Origin: Gouania willdenowi
Lineage: Eukaryota
Direction: 5' to 3'
NCBI RefSeq assembly: GCF_900634775.1
Contig: NC_041060.1
Span: 14,661,051-14,725,050 of the forward strand
Length of the DNA stretch: 64,000 nt
The position numbers and the translations under genes are program-made. Position 1 is the stretch's first letter. Every line of letters begins with the position of its first letter. Positions 1 to 11,720 of this stretch are shown piece after piece. Below the pieces are notes generated by a model that worked only from the letters and a program-made list of their open reading frames with translations, was not told the DNA's origin and did not search any database.

Positions 1-578
1 GAAATACAGTAATTTGTTACATTTCGACACCCCAACCCTTATTGAGTAAATAATTTTTTGTTTTAAAATGATCAACGGACATTGTGGAACTAGAAAAAAT
101 GAAATGACCACAATCAAATGCATCACATCACAACCAGATTAAATGTAATGCATGGAACCAAAACAGCATTGAATGCTGGTAATTTTCTCAGTTTTAGAGT
201 TCATAAATGTAGCTGTACTTAGAGCCTGAGAATGTTTATTTTTTATTATTTTGGACTGAATTCATTAGTGTTATTTATTTATTTATTTTTTTAAATAATA
301 GTACATTTAAATATATATATATAGTACTAATTAATTGAGCTACTTTTTACTTGGCCTTGAGTATTTTATGTATGACTTACTTGTACTTGTACGTGAGTAC
401 AATATCAATCAAGTAACAGTACTTATACTTAGTATGATATACTGTACCAGTACTCTTTACACCTCTGACATAAAGTGGGTCCCATGGTAGAACAGTTGAC
501 AACCCCTGACCTAAATCATGCAAATAAGAACATAAAACAATAAGCTTTATATCATCTAGAAATGAGAATTGTACAAAA

Positions 579-803
579 CAAAAGAGTTAGACAAGACTTT
601 CCGCTGTATTGATTGATCCATTGACAGTGTTGTTGCACACAAGGCGTGCGTAGCTTCGCTGCCCACCTCAGGGACCCCTACCCCTGTTATCAAAGCCTGA
701 AGGACGGGCCCCCCTTCGGGGAGATTGTTGACTAACGACCTTTCGTATTACCCTGGAAGAAGCCGACATATTGAAAGGCTTTCATCAGTCCTGGCTAATA
801 TCT
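579..803 (-). ncRNA. Candidate Pol III-type structured ncRNA of about 225 nt, RNase P/MRP RNA-like
   Basis: The - strand sequence starts about 25 bp downstream of TTTATAAA and ends at CUCUUUUGUUUUG. It contains GAAAGGUCGUUAG (CR-I-like GAAAGNUC), a CCCC-GAAG-GGGG hairpin next to GGCCCGUCC (compare human H1 CCCUUCGGGGAGGGGCCCGG), GGCAGCGAAGCUACG (compare H1 GGCCAGCGAAGUGAG), UCAAUGG (compare H1 UUCAAUGG) and CUGAUGAAAGCC (compare H1 GAAGCUCAUCAGUGG). It is much shorter than mammalian H1 (about 340 nt), so the assignment is tentative. Confidence 0.3.
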
Positions 804-826
804 TACCTTTGTATGAGTGAATGTTG

Positions 827-834
827 TTTATAAA
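827..834 (-). promoter_or_regulatory. TTTATAAA TATA box about 25 bp upstream (on the - strand) of the candidate ncRNA start. The octamer lies about 170-200 bp further upstream.
   Basis: The geometry is consistent with a type-3 Pol III (or snRNA-type) promoter: DSE octamer at about -200, TATA at about -28. Confidence 0.4.
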
Positions 835-939
835 CAGCAAAAAGCAGCAGCTGGCACAACAACACATCGAAAAGAACGGAGAAATGACAATGTCCGGGGT
901 GATGGCATCACTGGACAGCCATTGGTCAAAGAAGTGAAG

Positions 940-1165
940 CCAGCCGCCGCCATATTGGTAAGTGAATAGCTGTGTCATATTTGGCTCTTCGTATTCTGAA
1001 TTTGCATAGATAGCGTTTCTGTTTGTTGTTTAGACCTAGCACGAACAATGTTGTGTTGTACAAATAAACACATATATAAATATGCAAATAGCATATGCAA
1101 CAGCAACCCGTTATTATTTACGTCACGCCAGGCAGTTATTCGGTATGCCAAGATGGCGGCCGATG
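940..1165. promoter_or_regulatory. Compact promoter module with an inverted pair of YY1-like sites (GCCGCCATATTGG at 945-957; CCAAGATGGCGGC at 1148-1160), octamer motifs (ATTTGCAT at 1000-1007; ATGCAAAT twice at 1081-1098), a CRE (TTACGTCA at about 1119-1126), a CCAAT box and a TATA-like TATATAAATA at 1066-1075
   Basis: The motifs were read directly from the sequence. Their density and arrangement resemble snRNA-type or housekeeping bidirectional promoters. Confidence 0.5.
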
Positions 1166-1196
1166 ACTTCAACTCATTGGTATCGGTTTGTTTTGG

Positions 1197-1231
1197 GTTT
1201 TTTTTTTTTTTTTTTTTTTTTTCTACCAAAT
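1197..1231 (+). repeat. Poly(T) tract of about 33 nt
   Basis: Read directly from the sequence. Confidence 0.95.
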
Positions 1232-1589
1232 AACTTTATTAAAACATTTACAATACCGGTACATGACAGGGAAACTTTAACAAAATGTAGAAAGTTATGA
1301 ATGACGTACACATAAAAGTAGGGGCAAAATAAGTAAGTACATTTACTTATTAACACTTTTGTCAATTTAAAGTTATTTTAGTGACATTTTGGGTTTTTGC
1401 TTTCATTAATGGACAACATTGGCCACGTGTGTAAAAAAATAGAACCCCATTCCCGCCACGAAAAAAAACAAACTAAGGAAAGTAAAATAGTTTTAAAAAA
1501 AAAAAAAAAAATCTAAGTTATGTGATACTATCTCATAATTCTGACTTAAGATTTTTTTTTTCTTTCACTATTATCATTTTACTTTTTCA

Positions 1590-1590
<1 letters not shown>

Positions 1591-1628
<38 letters not shown>

Positions 1629-1640
1629 CATATATATTTA
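1591..1640. repeat. (TA)n microsatellite
   Basis: Read directly from the sequence. Confidence 0.95.
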
Positions 1641-4600
1641 CTGGCGGAAATGGGTTTCCATTATAAAGTGACCCTCTCTACTGATCTGTAATAATGTTAA
1701 ATGTATTGTACAATAAGGATAAAGCACCTTTACCTATTGTATGAAAGAATCAGCTGGATGGAGTGTTTGCACATTTTGCTTCAAAAGGTTTACTTTTAGA
1801 TTTTTATTTTTATTAAATAAAATAGAACTTTAAAAAAAAAGAAAAGAATGAGAAAATCGACAAGCACCAGATGGTTTCTCACACATATTTATTGTAAAAA
1901 ATACATATAAAAACAATTTCTGAGACATACAAAAGAGTGGAGCTTAGAAACAGTATATTGAACAGACAAGGACCCAGCGATTTTCTTGAATTGCATTACA
2001 TATTTACAATTTAATAAATAAGAACTCGATTTTTGCTTTCATACCAGTGTGAAGGCGGATTGTCCGTATCTTAGTAATGCAAATACCTCTGTGGTGACAC
2101 TTTTTAAAGCATTCTCTTCTGATGCAGATTTGTGCCCCTTCCCATGTTTTAAAGCAAATATTTAGGGACAAACACCATCCTTGGTTGAACAGGAGCTAGT
2201 TTACACTGAGTGTTCAGCTAGCATTGGTAGAAATTGAGGTATTGCACCACATAGCAAGGGGCAAAGAAATTAAATGAGAGTAATAAGAGTAAACCCCCAA
2301 TTCTCTGCCTCGTTAAAAACCAAAGACCACTACATCGTAACTAATCACCACAACAAATGTAACATCTAATCACCAATGTACCTCATCTTCTGCACTCACA
2401 CACACACACACACACTTTAAACCATATTCTGAGCCATTCTTCTGAAAAGCACAGAAAAACTGTTGGGTTCAAGTTTCTTTTCTTAATACAGAACATCAGA
2501 AACATGCACAGGACTGCCCCCTACTGCTGAAAACCGTTGTGGCCCCACAAATGGCAGAAAACCAAGGATTTAAGACAAAAACAAATGATGGAGTGACACA
2601 TTGGCCTGTACGGAAAGCTCAACTCCTCCTAAATGGATCCATTGCACTAAGAGTTAAACACTTTGCTGGGACACAGCTTTTTAACAGACGGCAAACACAA
2701 TCAATCCATTTATTGCTGCTTCCACAAGAGTTTCCACATGCTCTGTGCACCACATCTGCTGATCTGTCGGGGCCTTGCATCCCAAATCTGCCCTAAAAAC
2801 ACCACAAAAACCTGCTTGCACAACAATCCTTTCACCAGGCCAAGGCAATCGACACACGCGCACACCCAGAAAGGCCAAGAAAAGCAAGGTAACACATCTA
2901 GCATCATCAGTATAAATGTGATTATTATCTTAAAACAACAATAGGAGAGAGGCAATCCAAGTCTTATGTAATAATTAAACAACAGCTGTCAATAGCCCCC
3001 AGGGTTACAGAGAGAGGCCGATAACACATGGTGAGAAGCATGTCCCCAAAGCATTTTGCCTCAATATGCCCGACCCTATAATCCTCCCCCGATCTGGCAC
3101 TAATGTAACCAGATGGCAACATTGTTGCTCAAATTGTTTCACCCAAGAGTGAGTTTAAAAGAATAAGGGGTGATGGTTAGCAGATCAGAACCCCAAACTG
3201 AACTCTGGGTAAAACTTAACCTAGCGTACCAAATGCCACATGTGAAAGGGTTTTAACCAGCTTCAATAAGGTTTTATTAAAAAAAGAAACAAAAGCTTTG
3301 ATAATTAAAAAGCAATAACTTCATGACTAAGCAGTTTTCTGAGCATTCGACAGACTAAACAAGCACCCATACACATTCTATCATCATATAATACACACAA
3401 ACACACAGCATACACACTTCTACCAGACTTATGTTGGAGGAAAACAAAATAAAAGTCAGCCTTAAGGGACAAAAGTGCACAAATTGGTGTCAAAACTGGC
3501 ATTAATTCATTACTATGGCCCAAAAAACACCAGAAACCATCCCACAAACTGTCCATGTAGCAGCACATAAAATTCAGCGCTAACTAACAATCCCCAATAA
3601 AACTCTGATCTATCAAAAAAAAAAAGCACCCAGGCTTCCCCTGAAATGTTTACAGATGATTTAAAAAAAAAATTAAATAAAAAAAAAAAAAAAAAACAGA
3701 AATCCTGTAGCAGCTCCAGTCCCAATGACCCAAAAACAAGCCCTCGTTTGAAGTTCAAAGTAAAGCCCAGTTCCTGTGGTAACAGCTCACCATTTCAATG
3801 TAGCATTGGTTGGTTTAGGGTAAGCCTATGGCAAGAAAAACATTCATCCCATGAACACTTTTTTTTGGAAAATACTATAAAAATGAACACGTCTGTTCAG
3901 AGGGAGAAAAATAAACAGGTGAGCATCCAGAGTCGCAGTTAAGACAACATTTATCTCTCTTTATTTTTCTTTTGTACTCCTCTGTGGGACGTTGACCTCC
4001 CCGGGCTGATTATATTTCTAATGATCCAGAGTTTCAGGCGCCAAAAAAACAAAACACCGTCATCTCATTCCAACAAGGGGTGTGAGCTCAGATTTGTACA
4101 AAGTAGTTGCTTTTACAGTCTCAAGCTTGCCAAATAGAGGTCCAAACAGCTCGCTGAAATGGACCAATCAACAGAGAGCGTCAGCCGTAATCAACCGATG
4201 ATTCCTCTGGGGGATCATCTATTCTCCACGCAAAAGGTTGCAGTTTATTTTTGATGGAGACCGTGGGCTTTTTTTTTTTTGTTCTTCTTTCTTCAACTAC
4301 ACACTTTTGCTTGGTTTAATTAGAAGTTGTTTGTAGTCTCCTGTGAAAGATAGAGACAATTAGACAAGTCACACAATACATTACCAAAAATGAAGGGGAA
4401 CATAAGTTGTTAATATGATGTACTCAATGTGTGTCATTGTAAGATGAACAGTGTTTTAGCTTTCACATTGATTTCTGGAGTGGTTTAAAAATGCTTGCAG
4501 GATTGCACAATTAATTCTCATTCGATGAATTCATAATGCATACCTCTTAGATCTGTGAATCAAACAGAATTTTCTCCAAAAAGAAAAGGAAAAAGGCCAA

Positions 4601-6519
4601 AATTGGCAGTTAAAAGTTTGTTTTCATCTCCACCATAAACACTCAGTTTAACATTTTCACGCATTGCATTGTGGGATGTGGAGTCCTGTAAACAAATACA
4701 AAACAAAGTGTTTTTCCTTTATTCTTACAGTGATTCCTTGTGTTTCTTCACGGGATTTTTGTTCTAGTTTGTTCCCAGTGAAATCACAATGAAGTAATAA
4801 TACTTTTATGCACCCGTCTCCTGGACTTCACATCCCACAATGCAATGTGCAAAAATATCAACAAACGGAGTGTTTGGAGTGGCGACAAAAACAAAAATTT
4901 GAGAGGTAATTTCAGCCTTTTTCCTTTTCTTTTTGGAGTAAATGATGTTCAAGTTATTGGTGGAGGCATGATTTTCATCTTAATAAAAAATGATCTGGGG
5001 AAGCAGCTTTAAATAATGGAAGAAAAACTAGTCATCTTCTCTTCTCTGGTCAAGTTTACGGGCCGTTACATTATCGTTCTGAGGCACAACCTTCGTAAGG
5101 TCGATAAAGTTGTAACTACATGCAAAATGCAACAAAAGTGATGGAAAGAATTTAATTAAAAGAAGATAGGGCTGCATACATTGACTAAACCATTTGAGTC
5201 CTGTATTCAGATCATTACATACCTGAGTCGAGTTTGTCACTGGGAGGGAACCATGTGACCTGTGAGTCAATCAAAGGGATGTTCAGGGCAGCAGGGCTTC
5301 ACCTTTGACCAGGAATCAATGCAGCTGTGGGGAGACATTTGCGCCATTTTATTATAATAATAATTCATTTCATTTAAAAGTGCCTTTCAGGCTACCCAAA
5401 GACACTTTGCAATAAAAACAGAATAATAAAAACAGTGCAATGCATTATAAAACAGAATAATATTTTTTTTTTTTTTTTTTTTTTTTAAATAAAAAAAAAT
5501 AATAATGTAGGAGAAATTATGGTTTGTGAATGAGCAGATTGGTAGAGATGGCTTTTGACCATAATCTGCATTATATTTTACATTCACTTTTAAGACCTGT
5601 TTAAATCTGCATTAAGTTTTATTTGCACTATTTTTGCAAATGTTTTTGTAATTGCTGCACTACTAGCTTGATATATGCCACTTGTGGAATTTCTTAAAAA
5701 AAAAAAAAATTGAATTTGGCTATACTCGAATATATATATATTTATATATATATATATATATATCACAAACCTCTTCTGTTTTTCTTTTTATATTTTTCAG
5801 ATTAAATGATAAACCGCAGCCAAATAGGAAAAATAAGTAGGGCAAATAAGTTAAATAGCAGCACAGCTGTGTTTTATTTCTATACATTACTGCATATGTC
5901 AATGTAAAGGAAAGTAACCGTGTTCATGTAAGATTCAAAGTGTTTATTGTCATGTGCACAGTAAAGAAACATGTTTCCCTGTACAATGAAAATTCTATTT
6001 TGCTCACTACACTGGATGCCACACAAAACAAAAACAAACAAAGAAAACAAATAAAGAGAAAAGTATAGTAACAATGATTGTAATAATTTAAAAAAGTGAT
6101 CAATATAAATATGTACAAGGTAAAAAAAATGTAATGCATGAACACTGTGAAAAATACAAGGCTTTCCCAAATCTCATGTGCTCTACTGGGTGGTTTTTTA
6201 ATGTCAGTAAGACGCAGCTGTAATATGCAGTCGAACAGCCACAACTATCGACTGGGGCAAAATTACAAGTCTAACATTGTGCTGACACACACTGTTTATT
6301 AAAGAACTTCTGCTTCGGCGCAATGCGATAGCGACAATTTCCACTGAAGTCGGTTAGTCATTGATATGCTGCAGCCAAATTTAGATTTCAAACTTAGTCC
6401 GACAATTATTGCACAACGTTGGAAAAAATATACAAGCATCAGCATGAAGGATGTGCCAATGTTGGTCAATCTTGTGAGTTACATAGAGGGTGGAAAACCA
6501 GTGGATTCACAAAATGCAA

Positions 6520-7020
6520 GGAATAGGCAACCGGTGGCCCAGGAGCCACATGGGGCACTTGGTCCAATTATGTGGCCCCCAAAACCAAAACAAATAACCA
6601 AAGTGACTTAAAAAAAAACACAGAAAATGACAATACAATACATAAATTGATAACAAAACTATATAACACAACATGATTCTAAAAAACACCAAATTAGAAC
6701 ATGAACACTGACAACAATAATACACAAAATGGATTTAAAAACACAAAATACATTAACATAAATACAAATAAATAATTATTTTTAAAATACAAAAAACTAC
6801 ATAAAATGACTTTTGAATCACACAAAAGGACAACAAATAATACACAAAAAGAATGAAAAATGCATAAAAAGGCAACAAAAACACACAAAATGAGTGACAA
6901 CAAAAAGGGTGAAAACCCTCTATTGTGTCCTGTGTTAATGCTCAGATTGGTCATTATTCTAAATGCTTGGATCAAACAATCACATTTTTGTGGCCCCTGC
7001 TGTGATAAAAGTTGCCCATC
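6520..7020 (-). repeat. Copy of the minisatellite-bearing element in reverse orientation
   Basis: Shares ..TTTTGTGGCCCCTGCTGTGATAAAAGTTGCC.. and the ACACAAAATGACAA units with 52240-52570 and 28270-28870. Confidence 0.8.
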
Positions 7021-7799
7021 TCTGCAATAAACCATTGTGGCATTTTTATATATTTTTATATAGGTGAAAATGTCATAATTACATGGCTTCCTCTAATAAC
7101 AATAATTAATTTACATTAAAAAAAAATTAAAAAAAACATCCACCAGCTACACATTCATTTACTGTGTGAGCTTAAACTATTCTTAACGTAATATCACAGA
7201 ATAACTTCAAGTTTTACCTTCTGAGGTGATTTTTTTTTGTGTGCATGCTTTTTAAAATCTCCTCCTCTAAACAATTTACTCAGGCTTTACTGGAACACCA
7301 ACGTGAATATGCATTGTTACATGACGGGAAAGGGCAACTGGTCTTCGTCTTATGAGAAGTGTGTGGTGATGCGTGCATGAGAGCAGAGCACCTGATTTTT
7401 CTGTGTGAAACCACAACCCAGCACCCGCTTTCACAAACCACACAAAGCACAAACCTTCCATTAAATGTCACCTTTACTCATCTGACTTACAAACGCTTCT
7501 TCTCAGTTTTATCCACCATGTGTTTTACAGCTACAGGACTACAAAGCTTGAATTGGTGATATTGGACCAAGGCTGATTGAGGTGTAAGCCTCTCAAATAG
7601 TTTCTGTATGAGTTGAGTCATGTTGAGATGTTTTAAGCAGGGCTGAATTATAGACAATATAGCAGATTCTGAGAGTGCCAGTTGTATGACAGGGGCTCAA
7701 ACCTTAAATATTGGGGATAAAAAGTTTACCTTCACTAAAATTCTAAACTAAAATAGCTGCTATTATTATTTCCTAAAAGGTAAAATAGGCTCAAATTAA

Positions 7800-8160
7800 C
7801 AATAATTAATAACATTTTTTTTGATCGTGGCCCCATTTTGACATCAAGAATTTCTGGCAACCCCAAAGACAACTTTTTTCATCTTCTAGAATCAGTATTT
7901 GATGAAGTTTGTTCTACTGTAATACAAATACAGAGTTGCCAGTATTATAAACAAGTTGTGCCACCTCAGATAATTCTATACTGTACTTTATTATTTTTAA
8001 CTAGATTTATACTTGACAAAGTGAAAGTATAGAATACAGTTGTTTAAGATTGTGTGGTGTTTTAATTTGTAAAAGAATAACAATAATAATAAAAAAGTAT
8101 CAGTCATTCTTTTACTAGGCATTTCAGACGACCCCAAAGTTAAAAAAAAAAACACTTGAT
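7800..8160 (+). repeat. Dispersed repeat (..GATCGTGGCCCCATTTTGACATCAAGAATTTCTGG..CAAAGTGAAAGTATAGAAT..) with a second copy at 17780-18075
   Basis: About 250 bp shared at roughly 80% identity between the two sites. Confidence 0.7.
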
Positions 8161-8662
8161 TAATTGTTGTGTTCCCGCTCTCTGGTGTCCAGTTTAAAAT
8201 GACGAGGGAAAAATGCATCAATACCAGAGATCATCTACTTTAGCATTAAATGTAAAGAAGCTGCAACAGGTATTGAAACCAATGATCACCAACTGAAAGT
8301 ACATTACCATAATAATTATGTACGGTATGTGATGAAAGGTTTCATTAAAAAGGAGGAAGACGAGCTATCCTGCGAGAACTTAGGATTTTGAAGGTAGTTT
8401 GTGCTCAGTAATGTTTTTTTACACAATCCATGTTGTTCCATTTAAGTCTTTTAAATACCTTAGACAGAATGCTTTCATTGATTTATATATTTAAAAAAAT
8501 ATATATGTTTAATCTTCTTTTACGCTTTGTAGGGTTAGCGAATAGAAAAAGAGAAACGGTGAAATCTGAAACAGGAATAAGGCTGATTTAAGTTGAACCA
8601 AAAGATCACGTTCTTCTTTTGACATTTCCTTTAATTATATAACAGTAACTCAACACAGTTAC

Positions 8663-8768
8663 CTCTTGTGGTAGACGCAGAGGCAGGCAAGTCTAGCAAT
8701 GGTTTCCCCCTGGACAAGATCCTCCAAACAGATGGAGCACTCTCCGCTGTCTTTACTGAGCACATCCG
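8663..8768 (-). CDS. RING-H2 exon of the ZNRF-like gene
   Basis: The - strand translation TADVLSKDSGECSICLEDLVQGETIARLACLCVYHKR matches ZNRF1/2 NDDVLTKDAGECVICLEELLQGDTIARLPCLCIYHKSC. Acceptor tttttacag, donor AG|gtaact. The phase (1 to 2) is compatible with a direct splice from exon 1. The terminal exon (CIDxWFEVNRSCPEHP) was not found. Confidence 0.65.
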
Positions 8769-10794
8769 CTGTAAAAACACACCAACATTTTATTAATGTC
8801 TACATTAAAACATATTTCACATAAATACTGACCCCAAACCATTATGCACAGTATCAGCTCTAAAACTCGTGGTCTTAAAAACATGGCTGGGACAGTTGAA
8901 AGAATTAGGTGTGGCTCACCACTTGGACCATCTTTTATTTTTATTGTATTACACGAGTTTACAAATATGAGTGAATGATAATTAGGATACTAACACAGAA
9001 GTGAGACCAGGCAGGACATACCCACAATGCACTTCCCTCCCACTACTACATTACCCATAAGACACCACGTTTTAGATAGCAGGCTCAGGCACAGCTCACG
9101 AGTTCCACGAGTGGTATTTTCTCATTTTTGGTCATCCAGAACATCACAAAAAGCTGACTCAGCATAATGTACACGCCATATTGCCCGATGTTTTTGTTCT
9201 CTCTTTGTACGATTGGTTTTCAGCATGTTAACGTCCACAGGCTTATTTAGAACAAGCAATGTCAAACATGTTCTAATGTTCTACTATACCAGTGTCATCA
9301 ATGTCAAAATTTTACAGACGTTCCACAGTGTGGATGGGAAAATGAATGGGATATATATCTATATATTTTATTTTGGTAGTCAGAACATGTCCCATTTATC
9401 AATTTTCCTTAAAATTTCATCCAAATCCTTTCATAGCTATTCAAGTTATTTTGCTAACAGATAAACGCAGACAGATAAATAGAGGGTAAAACACAACTTT
9501 TCGCTCTGCACTTCGCGCTGCTGCTGCGCTTCGCGGAAGTAATAAATATCAAGGATGAATATATACATATATACAAGTACTTTTTCATTCTGTAATTTGT
9601 CACTTTACGTTTGTAATTCTGACCATGAACATCTTTATAAGGACTTGATGGGGAAGAGCTGGAAAGGGAGTGGAATAGGTACCTAAGAATATTTGGGTCA
9701 ATGACGTGACACCTAAATAGTCTGTCCAGCTGCATTTATTTCAGTTAAAAAAAAAAAGGTTTAAATGTATAAAAAGATAACGAGTATGTAGTAACTTGGT
9801 ATAAATGCACTCACTTTGATTTTTTAAATGTCACTTACTAAATTACTTCTGTAATTTATTCTGTTATTCAAAGTGGCAAAAATATCATGTGGGTGTGACT
9901 GTCTGACCATAACTGCTGTATAAGATTTCAAAATATTTTCTTTTTATTTCCATCATAATATTCATGCAAACCTTGCCGATAATGCCCATTTTATGAAATA
10001 TCATGCAGTGAAATCCTTATACGTCATTGACCCATTTGTACAATGCAGTCATTATTTATTTTGTGTAAACTCTTTTATTCCATAAATCTGGCTACAAGAT
10101 ATGGACGATTTCAATTGATTGTTGTTCAGTATATTTAAAAAAAACAAAAAGAAAACAGTTACAAAATTAGATAATGTGGATTTTTTTTTAAATCAAACCA
10201 GCTTCTCTGTCATTTCTCTAATGCAATAAATGTGACTTACTGTTGTATGGGAGGGGAGGAGATGTGAGGCAGCTCAACAGGTGATCTTCAATCCGACCCC
10301 CCGGGAAATCCTTTGAGCAGAAAGGACAGCGGATATCTAGGAAGGGCGGAGACAGCGACAGAGCTGAGATTAGCGCACTGTGTCAGAGGGAGATATAAAT
10401 GATAGATGATGCTCACATCCCACTGAGGAATGAGACTGTGTTTGGACGTGCAGGCCACAAAGGCTGCCAACACAATGAAGAGCAGACGAAAAAAAACCAA
10501 GTCAGCCTGTCAGAATGCAGTGCTCACCATCCACAGAGAATAAAGTGTAAACCAACCTGGGACTGTTTTTGATTCCAGGAAGTTCATTTTGTCTTTTTTT
10601 TTTTAAATAATATAATATGTTACGGTTTCATTTATTCTGTCAACTTTTTTTCAACTCTCTCGTAAGAAGTCATTAGGACACATAAAAGTGATCAGTTGGT
10701 GCTTTGATGCTTATCTTGTGAAATAACTCATAGGGATACATCAAAGTAATCACTCGATGCCACTGAGGAAGACTGACAGTTTGCAATCAAAACA

Positions 10795-11720
10795 TGTCAG
10801 AGTAGGCCCTGGCAATATATCAAAATTCAAGATTTATCTAGATTTCTATTTTGGCGATATGGACCAAAACTCATATCTTGATTTTTTTTCTCAAAATGGC
10901 GATATACGATACTAATCTCAATATTTTTTAACTCAATAAAGTCTTACCAGAAAGACAATTCTGGGTTAAATTTGCTGATGCAAAATGCCACATAGGCACA
11001 TTAATAACAAACAGCTGCACAATGTGTTCCACTTTTGGCTTTTTCTCCTATAAGGGACAGCATGTGTGAGTGTGGCTTGTTTAGGGGAAGGTCTGGGTTT
11101 GGACGCACACGGAAAAACATCTGTGCTTTTCCTGCTGTTCTGAGAACTAACAAAAGCAGCGAATCCTGAAACGAGTACTTTAATACAAAATAAGCTATAA
11201 AATATATATATATATTTAAGAAATATGGAAAAATTGTAAAGGATATTGTTTGACTGTACTCTACAATAATATGAAATACTTGATGTGATTTATACTGGAA
11301 TTGTATGAATAAAAACAAGTTAAAAATAAAAGATAGACATATCTTGATATAGGCGATATTGTCATTTTCTATATCGTCAAAATAGAAAACTCGATATATC
11401 TTGAATCACGATATATTGTCCAGCCCTACTCTAACGATATATTTTTTATTTCTGAGTGCGTCCTAACCCAGACCTTCCCTTAAACAAGCCACATCATAGA
11501 TCTCACTCACACATGCTGTCCCTTATAGGATAAAAAGACAAAAGTGACACATATTGTGAAGCTGTTTGTTAATAAATGTGCCTGTGTGGCATTTTGCAAC
11601 AGCAAATCTAACCCTGAATTGTATTTCTGATGAGACTTTATTGAATTAAAATATCTAGATTTATATTGAATATCGCCATTTTGACAAAGACAATTTTTTC
11701 TATATCGCCCAGCCCTAGTC
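10795..11720. repeat. Two copies of an approximately 310-bp dispersed repeat in inverted orientation (arms 10795-11105 and 11400-11720) separated by about 300 bp
   Basis: The arm sequences are reverse-complementary over roughly 300 bp with small indels (AGTAGGCCCTGGCAATATATC... / ...CAGCCCTAGTC). GATAT-rich fragments of the same family also occur at 24960-25070 in a tep1 intron. The pair could fold into a long hairpin. Confidence 0.75.

Noticed and set aside
600-800. Reading the structured GC-rich segment as a + strand RNA (UUCG tetraloop hairpin CCCC-UUCG-GGGG, AAGGCUUUCAUCAGUCCUGGC resembling the H1 5' end)
   Set aside because: The promoter elements (TATA, octamer) lie 3' of it on the + strand and 5' of it on the - strand. 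The - strand orientation is therefore favoured, although the + strand cannot be excluded.
5028-5270. - strand ORF containing ..TWFPPSDK.., considered as the missing ZNRF terminal exon (..WFEVNRSCPEHP)
   Set aside because: Only the WF dipeptide matches. It has no RING cysteines and no acceptor in the right phase.
8150-8235. - strand segment GIDAFFPRHFKLDTREREHNN*, considered as the ZNRF last exon
   Set aside because: It lacks the C-x2-C/H pair and the phase is incompatible with the donor at 8662.
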